IMG/VR virus record: IMGVR_UViG_3300012153_000001
Span: 1-64,000 of that record
Length of the DNA: 64,000 nucleotides
Origin: a virus
Direction: 5' to 3' (one strand)
Part shown: piece after piece, positions 26,055-34,441 of the stretch
How positions within the stretch are numbered: the stretch's first letter is position 1
How the letters are laid out: every line of letters starts with the position of its first letter
The notes under the pieces: model-generated
What the model was told of the DNA's origin: nothing
The model's database searches: none
What the model saw: the letters and a program-made list of their open reading frames with translations, nothing else
Program-made: the position numbers and the translations under genes

Positions 26055-26201
26055 ATGGCGTATAAACTTGAACGCACCCCGACCGGATTCACCATAAGAA
26101 CCGCGCCAGCCGATCGTATCGAACGCGAACAGGCTGCGCGTGATTGGGCGGCGATTGCGCTAGTGGTTGCGGGATTGGTCGCGGTGTGGGCGCTCGTGTG
26201 A
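26055..26201 (+). CDS. Small membrane-anchored protein (48 aa)
   Basis: SD AAAGGAGGG. C-terminal TM WAAIALVVAGLVAVWALV. Confidence 0.5.
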   Translation: MAYKLERTPTGFTIRTAPADRIEREQAARDWAAIALVVAGLVAVWALV

Positions 26202-26228
26202 AACCTAATTTAACGAAGGAGTGATCGT

Positions 26229-26381
26229 ATGGAAGAAACGGTAACTATCGCAAAGTCGGAGTATGAACGCTTGGTACGAGATAGCGAATTTCTCGGCGCG
26301 CTAGAAGCATGCGGCGTAGACAATTGGGGCGGGTATAGTGACGCGTGGGATTTGATGGACGAAGAGGAGGACGCCGAGTGA
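26229..26381 (+). CDS. Small acidic protein (50 aa)
   Basis: SD GAAGGAG. Ends in a GTGA overlap with dut. Confidence 0.5.
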   Translation: MEETVTIAKSEYERLVRDSEFLGALEACGVDNWGGYSDAWDLMDEEEDAE

Positions 26382-26947
26382 ACGCAATCAACGTAAAATT
26401 CAAGCGCCTGCATCCGGACGCTAAGATTCCGCAGTATGCAACGGAAATGGCCGCCGGCTTCGATTTGGTGGCGGTAGAAGACGTAATCATCGCGCCGGGC
26501 GAAACTGCGAAGGTTCCGTTAGGATTCGCGGTGCAGATTCCGGCGGGCTACGAAATACAAATCCGGCCGCGTTCGGGAGTTTCCGCTAAGACGAAGCTTC
26601 GCGTAGCTAACTCGCCGGGTACGATCGATGCGGATTATCGCGGAGAGGTTGCGGTGCTTATCGATAACATTGCGCCAGTATGGGATGCGGCCGCTGGTTA
26701 TGCGTTAGATATCGAAGGTAAACCGACACATTCGCCTGTTCGCGGATTTCTTCCGGAAGGTACGTACATCATCCGCAAAGGTGATCGCATCGCTCAAGGC
26801 GTACTCGCCGCAGTATCCCGTGCATCCTTCGAAGATGTCGCGGAGGTTGACGATACGGAGCGCGGAAATGGCGGCTTCGGCTCGACCGGAACTCACGTAC
26901 ACAACGTAACTATTACGCCGCTGAATCGGAGTGTGAACGCAATTTGA
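26378..26947 (+). CDS. dut: dUTP diphosphatase
   Basis: AAGFDL, IRPRSG, NSPGTIDADYRGEV, GDRIAQ, RGNGGFGSTG. GTG 26378 follows GAGGAGG (the track ORF starts at 26345). Confidence 0.85.
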   Translation: MNAINVKFKRLHPDAKIPQYATEMAAGFDLVAVEDVIIAPGETAKVPLGFAVQIPAGYEIQIRPRSGVSAKTKLRVANSPGTIDADYRGEVAVLIDNIAPVWDAAAGYALDIEGKPTHSPVRGFLPEGTYIIRKGDRIAQGVLAAVSRASFEDVAEVDDTERGNGGFGSTGTHVHNVTITPLNRSVNAI

Positions 26948-27040
26948 TCAAACGCTATACCTACGCAATCATCACCGCTTACTGTATGACGGTTTGGGTC
27001 GGACTCGTAGTCCGGACGATATTACGATAGGAGGTCGCAC

Positions 27041-27262
27041 ATGATCGTAATCAGCGTTTACCTCTCGCTAGGTATGTTAATCGCAATGGCATTCGCTAAG
27101 TGGGGCGTGATTGACCCGGATGACGAAGGAATGCGCGAACTAGAAAGATCGCCACAAATGCAGCGCATGTTCTTGATTATACTCGCGCTATTATGGTTGC
27201 CACTTATATTGATCGGCGGAATCCAAGCGAAAATTACACGTAAGGGAGATGACGCGGATTGA
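27041..27262 (+). CDS. Small membrane protein
   Basis: SD TAGGAGG. Two hydrophobic segments. Confidence 0.6.
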   Translation: MIVISVYLSLGMLIAMAFAKWGVIDPDDEGMRELERSPQMQRMFLIILALLWLPLILIGGIQAKITRKGDDAD

Positions 27263-28053
27263 ACGTTAAGCTAATCGCACATACGCAACTATCCGAAGAG
27301 TTTAGGAATGCGCTATGGGACAGAGAGGACGCGGATGTAGACGTAAATGACCGCGCAGCCATCGCATTAACCGCAATCCGCACGTGTTACTCACCGCTCA
27401 AGCCTACGGAGATCGTCGCGCAAGAAGGCGAAAAGTACTTCGGAAACGCGGCGTCAGATGGCGCAGGAGGTACGGAAGCCGATCGATTGTTCCGCCATAT
27501 TACCGGATCAGGTCATACGTCAACTCTCGAACATATCACGTACACATTCGCGGTCGAAGACGTGAGCCGCGCACTCCTGGCGCAACTCACGCGTCACCGT
27601 CATCTATCGTTCAGCGTGCAGTCACAGCGCTATGTCCGTATGGGAAGCGCGGATAAGATTGGCGGATTCGATTACGTGACGCCTCCGAAAGTGGGGACGC
27701 AGGATGTTCCCGGAACAGATCGCTACGATGGTACTCGAACTCCATATCGCGGAGATCCGCTCAAGGCATACGAAGTGTTTGGGGAGTTTATGGCGGAAGC
27801 ACAACGAACATATGACCAACTTCGCGAAGCCGGAGTCCCGGCGGAAGACGCGCGCATGGTCCTACCGAATGCCGCCGCGTGTAATCTCGTAATGACCGGA
27901 AACTTGCGTACGTTCCTCGACTTTTACGCGAAGAGACGGCCGGGACGTGGTGCTCAGTGGGAGATTGCGGATTTGGCGGTAAGGCTGCGCGACGAGATCA
28001 TAAAGGTTGATCCGTGGTTGGCTCCATATTTTGATACGAAGGAGAGTGCGTAA
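27259..28053 (+). CDS. thyX: Flavin-dependent thymidylate synthase
   Basis: ThyX signature RHRHLSFSVQSQRY. Confidence 0.85.
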   Translation: MNVKLIAHTQLSEEFRNALWDREDADVDVNDRAAIALTAIRTCYSPLKPTEIVAQEGEKYFGNAASDGAGGTEADRLFRHITGSGHTSTLEHITYTFAVEDVSRALLAQLTRHRHLSFSVQSQRYVRMGSADKIGGFDYVTPPKVGTQDVPGTDRYDGTRTPYRGDPLKAYEVFGEFMAEAQRTYDQLREAGVPAEDARMVLPNAAACNLVMTGNLRTFLDFYAKRRPGRGAQWEIADLAVRLRDEIIKVDPWLAPYFDTKESA

Positions 28054-28263
28054 ATGAGCGAAGTTAACGTCTCATGGAATTATCACGATATTAATACGAC
28101 CTGTGACCGTCTTGAGAAAGACGCGGATGCTTGCGTACTTTATATCAAAGGCGATCCGGAGTATAAGGAGCATATCGGACTAAGCGCGGCGCAGGCGGAG
28201 ACTCTTATAGTAGACATCCGCAACATGCTCGATAAACTCTACGCAAAGGAGGACGCAGAATGA
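28054..28263 (+). CDS. Hypothetical protein
   Basis: SD AAGGAGAG before the ATG. Confidence 0.6.
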   Translation: MSEVNVSWNYHDINTTCDRLEKDADACVLYIKGDPEYKEHIGLSAAQAETLIVDIRNMLDKLYAKEDAE

Positions 28264-28427
28264 GACTTATCGGACAGTTAATCGCCGGCCTAATCACGCA
28301 GCAACTCGCATTACACATGTTTGACGCAAGCCCGGCCGAAGGTTATATCGCGTATATTCTCGGATGGATTCTCGCGAAACAAATCATAGCGGAGGTGACC
28401 GCAGATGAGCGAAGCCAAAACGGATGA
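28260..28427 (+). CDS. Small membrane protein (55 aa)
   Basis: ATGA overlap start. Hydrophobic. Below the track cutoff. Confidence 0.4.
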   Translation: MRLIGQLIAGLITQQLALHMFDASPAEGYIAYILGWILAKQIIAEVTADERSQNG

Positions 28428-28692
28428 TCCGCGCCAACTAGCCGAAGTCCTCCCGTTCGTACCGCGTCCCACTCCGGAATCAATCGCGCAGATGGAACTC
28501 GTTTCCCTACTCGAACGCTACGTAGACTTAGCGCGGTCAGGCGAAGTCACCGGTGTAATCATCGCGGCCAAGACGGAGAATGACGTGTTAACCGGCGAAA
28601 TCATGGCGGAAAGCGCCGGCGTCAATCCACGCGAAGCAACGTTATTGATCGAGGAATTACGCATAGTTAACTTTTACGAATACGACGTTTAA
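28405..28692 (+). CDS. Hypothetical protein
   Basis: SD GCGGAGGTG before the ATG. Confidence 0.6.
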   Translation: MSEAKTDDPRQLAEVLPFVPRPTPESIAQMELVSLLERYVDLARSGEVTGVIIAAKTENDVLTGEIMAESAGVNPREATLLIEELRIVNFYEYDV

Positions 28693-28711
28693 CAACGAAG
28701 GAGGCGGATTA

Positions 28712-29185
28712 ATCTCGCTAAGTATAATCGCGCAAATCATCGTAGCTTTATCCGTAGGACTAAGCGCAGTTAACGGAGTCCCACCGAACGAACCGATGCA
28801 ACCACCCGCAGTCTCTTCGCAGGTAACAGGCAAACTTGCGAAAGAACAGGCGGAGATTAAGGCGCATGACGACGCGTGGCAAACGTACGAAGCGACTGCT
28901 TATACGGCGTTTTGCTCCGAAGGATGTACGGGAATCACCGCGACCGGCCTCGACGTCAGCGAAACGACTACGTATAAAGGGCGCACGGTTATCGCAACTG
29001 ATCCGAAGGAGATCCCGCTTGGCACGCGGATAACAATACGGACTGCTGACGGTGGGGAAATCGCAGGCATATCGCAAGACCGCGGATCGGCGATTAAAGG
29101 CCGCAAGCTTGACGTATTAGTTGCGTCGGAAAAGGAAGCGCGCCAGTTCGGACGCCAGAAAGTACGCGTTAAAATCGAAAACTAA
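28712..29185 (+). CDS. Secreted or anchored 3D-domain (RlpA/YocH-like) cell-wall protein
   Basis: AYTAFCSEGCTGITATG...IATDPKEIPLGTRI...DRGSAIKGRKLDV. A signal/anchor peptide SLSIIAQIIVALSVGLSAV is encoded upstream of canonical ATG 28796. ATC 28712 lies 7 nt after GAAGGAGG. Confidence 0.65.
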   Translation: MSLSIIAQIIVALSVGLSAVNGVPPNEPMQPPAVSSQVTGKLAKEQAEIKAHDDAWQTYEATAYTAFCSEGCTGITATGLDVSETTTYKGRTVIATDPKEIPLGTRITIRTADGGEIAGISQDRGSAIKGRKLDVLVASEKEARQFGRQKVRVKIEN

Positions 29186-29205
29186 ACGATAAGGGAGCGG
29201 ATTAT

Positions 29206-30444
29206 ATGAACGCAAACATTACCGTATTGAAAGACGAAAGCCTCGGCGGAGTTGAGCGCGAGTACCACGAGGTTAAGCGGAAGGCGAGCGTTGGTGAACG
29301 TATTAAGATCGTTGACGCCTCTTCATTCAGCGATTATGGAAACGGAGATACGTTTATCGTGGAACGCGATGACTGTGACGGGGATATTTTCATTACGGAT
29401 AATGTCGGAGATGAGGAGGGTGTGTTTGATTACGAATACGTAACGCTCGAACCGTCCGATATCGTCCGCATCAACTCCGCCCGCTTCCGCATGGTCGATC
29501 GGAAAGCCGCGGTGGGCGAGCGCGTGATTATCGTAAATACTGTCGATTTAAACGGGGATGGCTACGAGAATGGTAATGTATTTGACGTAACGGAACTTTG
29601 GGAAGCGGGAGTTGACGTTGATCACAGCGTAACGCTCTATCATCGAGAATACCACGTACTCGAACCAGTAAAAAGCACGCCAATCTCCGAACCTCTCTCC
29701 GCCAAGCCCGCGCCTGACCAAGCCGCCGAAATCATCGCGAAGTTATCGACGCGAGTAACTGCGCTTGAGGAACGTGTGGCGGCGTTGGAAACTGCGCCTA
29801 TTAACCCGCGCTTATCTGACGTAGGAGTTAGAGCGCAGGAAGCTACGGACGCATTCGCTAGAGCTACGAAAAGGACATCCGCCACAGTAGCGGAAGTTAC
29901 CGCTAACCTGGCGCAACGGGCGAAGGAAGCGCGCCAGAGAAAGCGCGATGACATCGTTAAGCGTGCGAAGGAGGACTTACACGCGCTGTCTATCGAAACT
30001 GGAAATTACGTTGTTAAGGATTCGCCCACATGTCGAGGTAATATATGTGAGGTGGAGTTCATTGTCAACCGAGATAAGCGTAAAGTTACCGCTATCCTGC
30101 GCGGAGTAAACTCTCGAAAAGTACGCGCCGTTGGTCGGGCGGTCTGCAATCCGGATGACGTGTTTAACGTACATCTAGGGCGCGCAATTTCGCTAAGAAA
30201 AGCGCTAAAACAACCGATTCCGGAGGAGTACGTTAACGCGCCGCAGCCTACGGAGGTTCGCGTTGGGGATGTCGTTAAGTGGACGTATAAATATGGCGGG
30301 GAGATTACGGAGGTTGTAACGATTACACGTATTGACGGTGATCAATACCGATTCTCAGACGGGTGCTGGGACGATAGAGATACGCTAACTGTGCTCGACG
30401 ACTCCCGTACAGACAGCGCAGAGCCGCGGAAGGAGGTGGCGTAA
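29206..30444 (+). CDS. Repeat protein, paralog 3
   Basis: Two modules (REYHEVKRKASVGERIKIV...YEYVTLEP; ARFRMVDRKAAVGERVIIV...EYHVLEP), a coiled-coil linker, and a C-terminal VEFIVNRDKRKVTAILR...NPDDVFNVHLGRAIS domain. Confidence 0.75.
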   Translation: MNANITVLKDESLGGVEREYHEVKRKASVGERIKIVDASSFSDYGNGDTFIVERDDCDGDIFITDNVGDEEGVFDYEYVTLEPSDIVRINSARFRMVDRKAAVGERVIIVNTVDLNGDGYENGNVFDVTELWEAGVDVDHSVTLYHREYHVLEPVKSTPISEPLSAKPAPDQAAEIIAKLSTRVTALEERVAALETAPINPRLSDVGVRAQEATDAFARATKRTSATVAEVTANLAQRAKEARQRKRDDIVKRAKEDLHALSIETGNYVVKDSPTCRGNICEVEFIVNRDKRKVTAILRGVNSRKVRAVGRAVCNPDDVFNVHLGRAISLRKALKQPIPEEYVNAPQPTEVRVGDVVKWTYKYGGEITEVVTITRIDGDQYRFSDGCWDDRDTLTVLDDSRTDSAEPRKEVA

Positions 30445-30445
30445 T

Positions 30446-31006
30446 ATGGGCGCGCTTCCTAACATCGCTCTCACGGGGAGATTACGCGCAGGCAAGGACG
30501 AGGCCGCCCGTTATCTCACGTCAAAGTACGGTTACACCGCGTTCGCATTCGGCGACGAGCTCAAACGCGATTTCCACCGCCGCTATCCCGAAATTCCCCG
30601 CGAGCCTAAACCACGCGTAGGTTATCAAGCGCACGGACAGCTCATGCGTGAATTAGTCGACGAGGATATATGGGTCCGCAAGTGTTTAGCAGAAGTACAG
30701 CGCGCCTATTACGGTAACCTAGATTTCCGCGCAGTCATTTGCGATTTACGCCAGCCAAACGAATACGGCGCACTCAAACGTAACAATTACGTCCTTATCC
30801 GTGTAGAATCACCTGAGTCGCTCCGCATCCAACGCGCAGTCACGTCAGGCGACCGCTTTAACCTGCGGGACCTTACGCACGGCACGGAGACGGCGCTTGA
30901 CGGGTTCATAGCGGATTTCACCGTAACGAATGACGCAGGCTTGCCGGAGCTGTACGCGCAGATTGACGAAATCGTACGTCAGTTGTCCGGAAGTGATGCG
31001 GCGTGA
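30446..31006 (+). CDS. P-loop dNMP kinase-like protein
   Basis: The GRLRAGKDEAARYL P-loop resembles the G-x-(K/R)-x-GKD of phage dNMP kinases. Confidence 0.5.
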   Translation: MGALPNIALTGRLRAGKDEAARYLTSKYGYTAFAFGDELKRDFHRRYPEIPREPKPRVGYQAHGQLMRELVDEDIWVRKCLAEVQRAYYGNLDFRAVICDLRQPNEYGALKRNNYVLIRVESPESLRIQRAVTSGDRFNLRDLTHGTETALDGFIADFTVTNDAGLPELYAQIDEIVRQLSGSDAA

Positions 31007-31182
31007 CGGCAGCGGAAACTACGCTTAACATCGCAGAAGAGTGGCGCAAAGGATACAAGGCCGGCTACGTAAATGGACGGATCGACGCGTTAGATGGACG
31101 TGAATATGACGATCGGACTCCGCTGCAGAAGCGGAAGGATACGGAAGAGATGAGAGGAGATGATGACCATCCGCAATTATAA
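31003..31182 (+). CDS. Small hypothetical protein (59 aa)
   Basis: GTGA overlap start. Fills the gap before the methyltransferase. Confidence 0.4.
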   Translation: MTAAETTLNIAEEWRKGYKAGYVNGRIDALDGREYDDRTPLQKRKDTEEMRGDDDHPQL

Positions 31183-32140
31183 CGTTACTCCGCAGCTACC
31201 ACCGAACGGCCTTACGGTCGCCGAGTTCTTTTGTGGCGGCGGTCTGATGGCCGTCGGACTCAAAGCGGCAGGCTACGATATCACATTCGCTAATGACTTC
31301 GATAAGCGCGCGGCAGAAGCTTACGCATACAATCTCGGCGATTACGTTATCTGCGGCGATATTACGGACGATGAAATTCAGGCGCAAATCCCTAACGCAG
31401 ACATTTATGCAGGAGGCCCACCGTGCCAAGACTATAGTATCGCAGGTGACGGTGAAGGCGAAGAAGGGGAGCGCGGTAAGCTCGTATGGACGTATCTCGG
31501 AATTATCGAACGGAAACAGCCGAAAGCCTTCGTATTCGAAAACGTGAAGGGCTTGCTTACGAAGAAGCACCGCCCGACATTCGACGCGCTTATCAAGAAG
31601 TTCGAGGAGATCGGATATAACGTCTCTTGGCGCTTAATCAACGCTTGGGATTACGGAGTCGCCCAGAAAAGGGAGCGCGTGTTTATCGTAGGCGTACGTA
31701 AGGATATAGGCTTTACGTTCGAGTTTCCGGAGCCCCGAACGGAAGATTACCGGACGCAAATGCTGCGTGATGTGATCGGAGATTTACCGGAACCGGACGC
31801 GCAATCAAACGGACTATACTGGTCGCCAAAGCGCGATTACTCATATGACCAAGCTAACCGAGTCCAGTCGATGGATGGCGCAAGTAACACGATACCGGCG
31901 CACCACAACAGCGGTCAGCCAATTCATCCAACGCAAGCACCTCGCCGTTTCACAGTCCGCGAATGTCTCCGTATCCAGTCCGTACCCGACACGTATGTGC
32001 TCCCGGACTCAATCTCGCTATCCGCGCAATACCGTATCGTAGGCAACGGAGTCGCATCGCGCGTCTCTTACCTGATCGGAGTCGCGCTAGCGGAGCAGTT
32101 TATCGGAGCCTTGACGCAGTCCTTACCGGAGGCCGCGTAA
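31160..32140 (+). CDS. dcm: DNA (cytosine-5) methyltransferase
   Basis: Motif I FCGGGL, motif IV GGPPCQDYS, motif VI FVFENVKGL, motif VIII QKRERVF, motif X GNGV. Confidence 0.9.
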   Translation: MMTIRNYNVTPQLPPNGLTVAEFFCGGGLMAVGLKAAGYDITFANDFDKRAAEAYAYNLGDYVICGDITDDEIQAQIPNADIYAGGPPCQDYSIAGDGEGEEGERGKLVWTYLGIIERKQPKAFVFENVKGLLTKKHRPTFDALIKKFEEIGYNVSWRLINAWDYGVAQKRERVFIVGVRKDIGFTFEFPEPRTEDYRTQMLRDVIGDLPEPDAQSNGLYWSPKRDYSYDQANRVQSMDGASNTIPAHHNSGQPIHPTQAPRRFTVRECLRIQSVPDTYVLPDSISLSAQYRIVGNGVASRVSYLIGVALAEQFIGALTQSLPEAA

Positions 32141-32141
32141 G

Positions 32142-32333
32142 ATGGGCGCCTTTGACCGTTTCCAGCCGCCAGATGAGCGCGTGGAGATCGTCGGCTACTG
32201 CGCTTATTGCGGCGAAACGATTGAGCGCGGACAATCCGTTACATCTTACGCAAGCGGTGCGCAGACACACGACGGATTTTGCGAGGTTCAGTACGTAGAG
32301 AACGAGTTAGGGATAACGCGCAGTACCGTATGA
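32142..32333 (+). CDS. Small zinc-ribbon-like protein
   Basis: SD CGGAGG. CAYCGE...FCE. Confidence 0.55.
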   Translation: MGAFDRFQPPDERVEIVGYCAYCGETIERGQSVTSYASGAQTHDGFCEVQYVENELGITRSTV

Positions 32334-32446
32334 AAACGTAAGTATTCGAAAAATTCACGATAGAGGAGCGGAGGGCTCGGGCGGTGTCTTGTTAACGCAA
32401 GATTACCGCTTGGCCTGCGCCTTCTCATCGTTAAAAGGGAGCGGAT

Positions 32447-32851
32447 TTGCGTATGGGTTCAGTTAAAATTGACATCGAAAAGGGTTCGCGCAGCTATTCC
32501 GTTAAATACTCGCTTTCATCCGCGGCCGGAGTTAAGGCGCTTCTCCGCGACCGCCACCGGATCAGCTCCGCACGCTTTCGCGGTGATTATGCCGCCTGTG
32601 ACATACTCGTCGACTTGCATAGCGCAATTAACAGCGCCGGCTTGACCGCGAGACAAGTCGAAGCCATTGCGTTCGTATACGGAATTGACGTAACACAGGC
32701 GGAGGCGGCGCGCCAGATGGGTATCACGCAGCAAGGCGTCGCCAAACTAATCGATGATGCAGCAGAGAAAATGGCGGAGGTTTACCGTCGATGGGAATAC
32801 GAAGAGGTTAGCGTTGAATATACGGAAGATATCGAATTGGAGGCGGCTTAA
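32447..32851 (+). CDS. Sigma-70 region-4-like late transcription regulator (ArpU/RinA-like size and position)
   Basis: LTARQVEAIAFVYGIDVTQAEAARQMGITQQGVAKLIDDAAEKM. Confidence 0.55.
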   Translation: MRMGSVKIDIEKGSRSYSVKYSLSSAAGVKALLRDRHRISSARFRGDYAACDILVDLHSAINSAGLTARQVEAIAFVYGIDVTQAEAARQMGITQQGVAKLIDDAAEKMAEVYRRWEYEEVSVEYTEDIELEAA

Positions 32852-33576
32852 TGACGACAACTTACCGCGAGATTACGGAGCAATTGGTTACTACGTTGGA
32901 AGGCGTGGTGGAGACGTTGTTTAAGGCGGAAGGATCGCCGCCTATCACGTTTGAGCACGGAGGAAAAACGTATGATCTCCGCGATAGAGAAACGCGCATG
33001 TACGTTATTGCGGCCGTTCAACGCGACTATTACTCGGAGCACGGCGAGTTTAACCAGCGTAAGATCAGCGAGTGGGAAGCGAAAGGTTGCCCCGGAGAAC
33101 GTCCGGCCATGACGCCTGCAGACTCAGCGCTAATGGACCGCCTAACGGATCTCGCGCTGTACGAAGAGATTACGGACCCAAATCCGTATAAAGTGTCCCA
33201 CACGGAATATCCGTTTATGTCCGAACGACAGCTTGGCTTGCGCCGTGACCGTGAGACATCGGATACAGCCACGCAATCTACCGGAGTTGACGGCAAAGAC
33301 TACCGTAGGCCAACGAAGCGTAAGCGTAGTAGCTACGAACACTGGCGCGTAGATCAAGGCGCTAAGATCCGCAACGAGGCGCGTAAAGCTCAATACGAGT
33401 TGGATACGGAGCCGAGCGCAATCAAAACATATAACCTCTACGAAAATGGCGGCGAACTTACGGAGCCTTTCGTTAATTGCGTCGGCATTGGCAAGCGTTG
33501 GTCGAACGAAATGGGCGCGGTCAATGAAATCGAAGTAGTTACGGAAGTTATATACGAAGAAAAGGCCGCAGCTTAA
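32851..33576 (+). CDS. Hypothetical protein
   Basis: SD TGGAGG, ATG overlaps the stop (TAATG). Confidence 0.65.
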   Translation: MTTTYREITEQLVTTLEGVVETLFKAEGSPPITFEHGGKTYDLRDRETRMYVIAAVQRDYYSEHGEFNQRKISEWEAKGCPGERPAMTPADSALMDRLTDLALYEEITDPNPYKVSHTEYPFMSERQLGLRRDRETSDTATQSTGVDGKDYRRPTKRKRSSYEHWRVDQGAKIRNEARKAQYELDTEPSAIKTYNLYENGGELTEPFVNCVGIGKRWSNEMGAVNEIEVVTEVIYEEKAAA

Positions 33577-33797
33577 TCGCGCGGCTCTTTTTCTAGCTCA
33601 AGTACATCCGCTATCTCTACGCCGAGGACTTCGCATATTTTAGCGAGATTGTCAAGCGGCAGCCGCTGCGTCTTGTTAGCGCGCATTTCTCCGACAGATG
33701 TGCGGCGTATTCCGGTTAAGCGTCCGAACTCGCGATCGCCTATGCCGCGTTCTTTCAATAGTTCGTCCAGTTTGAGGCGGACTTTATACGTGGACAT
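33573..33797 (-). CDS. Xre/Cro-CI family HTH repressor
   Basis: SD AGGAGG. LDELLKERGIGDREFGRLTGIRRTSVGEMRANK. Confidence 0.8.
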   Translation of the reverse strand: MSTYKVRLKLDELLKERGIGDREFGRLTGIRRTSVGEMRANKTQRLPLDNLAKICEVLGVEIADVLELEKEPRD

Positions 33798-33812
33798 TCA
33801 ATTGCCACCTCC

Positions 33813-33920
33813 TGCGTTTAGTATATCGCAAAATTCGTCACGTTAAAAGTGCCAAAAATGTATTGACACGTTAAACGGGACATAATATACTGATAACAGT
33901 TGGAACGCTAAACGTGCCAA
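33813..33920. promoter_or_regulatory. Divergent promoter/operator switch
   Basis: TTGACA (33863-68), 17 nt, TATACT (33886-91). Three CG(T/C)TAAA(A/C)G-containing repeats: CACGTTAAAAGTGCCA 33840, CACGTTAAACGGGACA 33868, ACGCTAAACGTGCCAA 33904. Confidence 0.55.
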
Positions 33921-34090
33921 TTAAGACTGAGGCAGAGGAACTCAACGGCGATAGTCTCCGGAACGAAGGGCTTAAGTAACCCGAGGTACTCTTTTGAGGA
34001 AAGAACCGGCGTCGCTAGTTATCTAAGACCCTAAGGGACAAAAGGTTGAACGATCCGATGCCTAGTCTAATAAACTGCGAGGTGTGTCTT

Positions 34091-34441
34091 ATGTCACTGA
34101 TTGAATACAAAGGTAATAAATATAAACCCTGCCCATATTGCAAAGGGAAGGGTTACAAAAACGGGTATGAGCATGTTCGTAACGGTATTTGCTTCCAATG
34201 CGAAGGGTACAAGTCAGTAGAAATATTCAATCTCATAGAAAAAACTCGAAAGGAAATAAAAAAAGAAAAAGAGGTGGAGTATCGCTATTCTGAAATTAAG
34301 AGGTTAAGACGCCTACTAGGAGGAAAGACAGAGGGCGACATGAAAGCAATCGATAAGTCGCGTCTCAGTCTCCTTAAAAGGAATGAGGAAGCGCTTATAA
34401 GACAGGGCATCCCTCTGCCGGAGAAATGTCAAGATGAATAA
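34091..34441 (+). CDS. DnaJ-type zinc-finger (CxxCxGxG) protein, AT-richer
   Basis: CPYCKGKGY and CFQCEGYK. ATG 34091 follows GAGGTG. Confidence 0.6.
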   Translation: MSLIEYKGNKYKPCPYCKGKGYKNGYEHVRNGICFQCEGYKSVEIFNLIEKTRKEIKKEKEVEYRYSEIKRLRRLLGGKTEGDMKAIDKSRLSLLKRNEEALIRQGIPLPEKCQDE

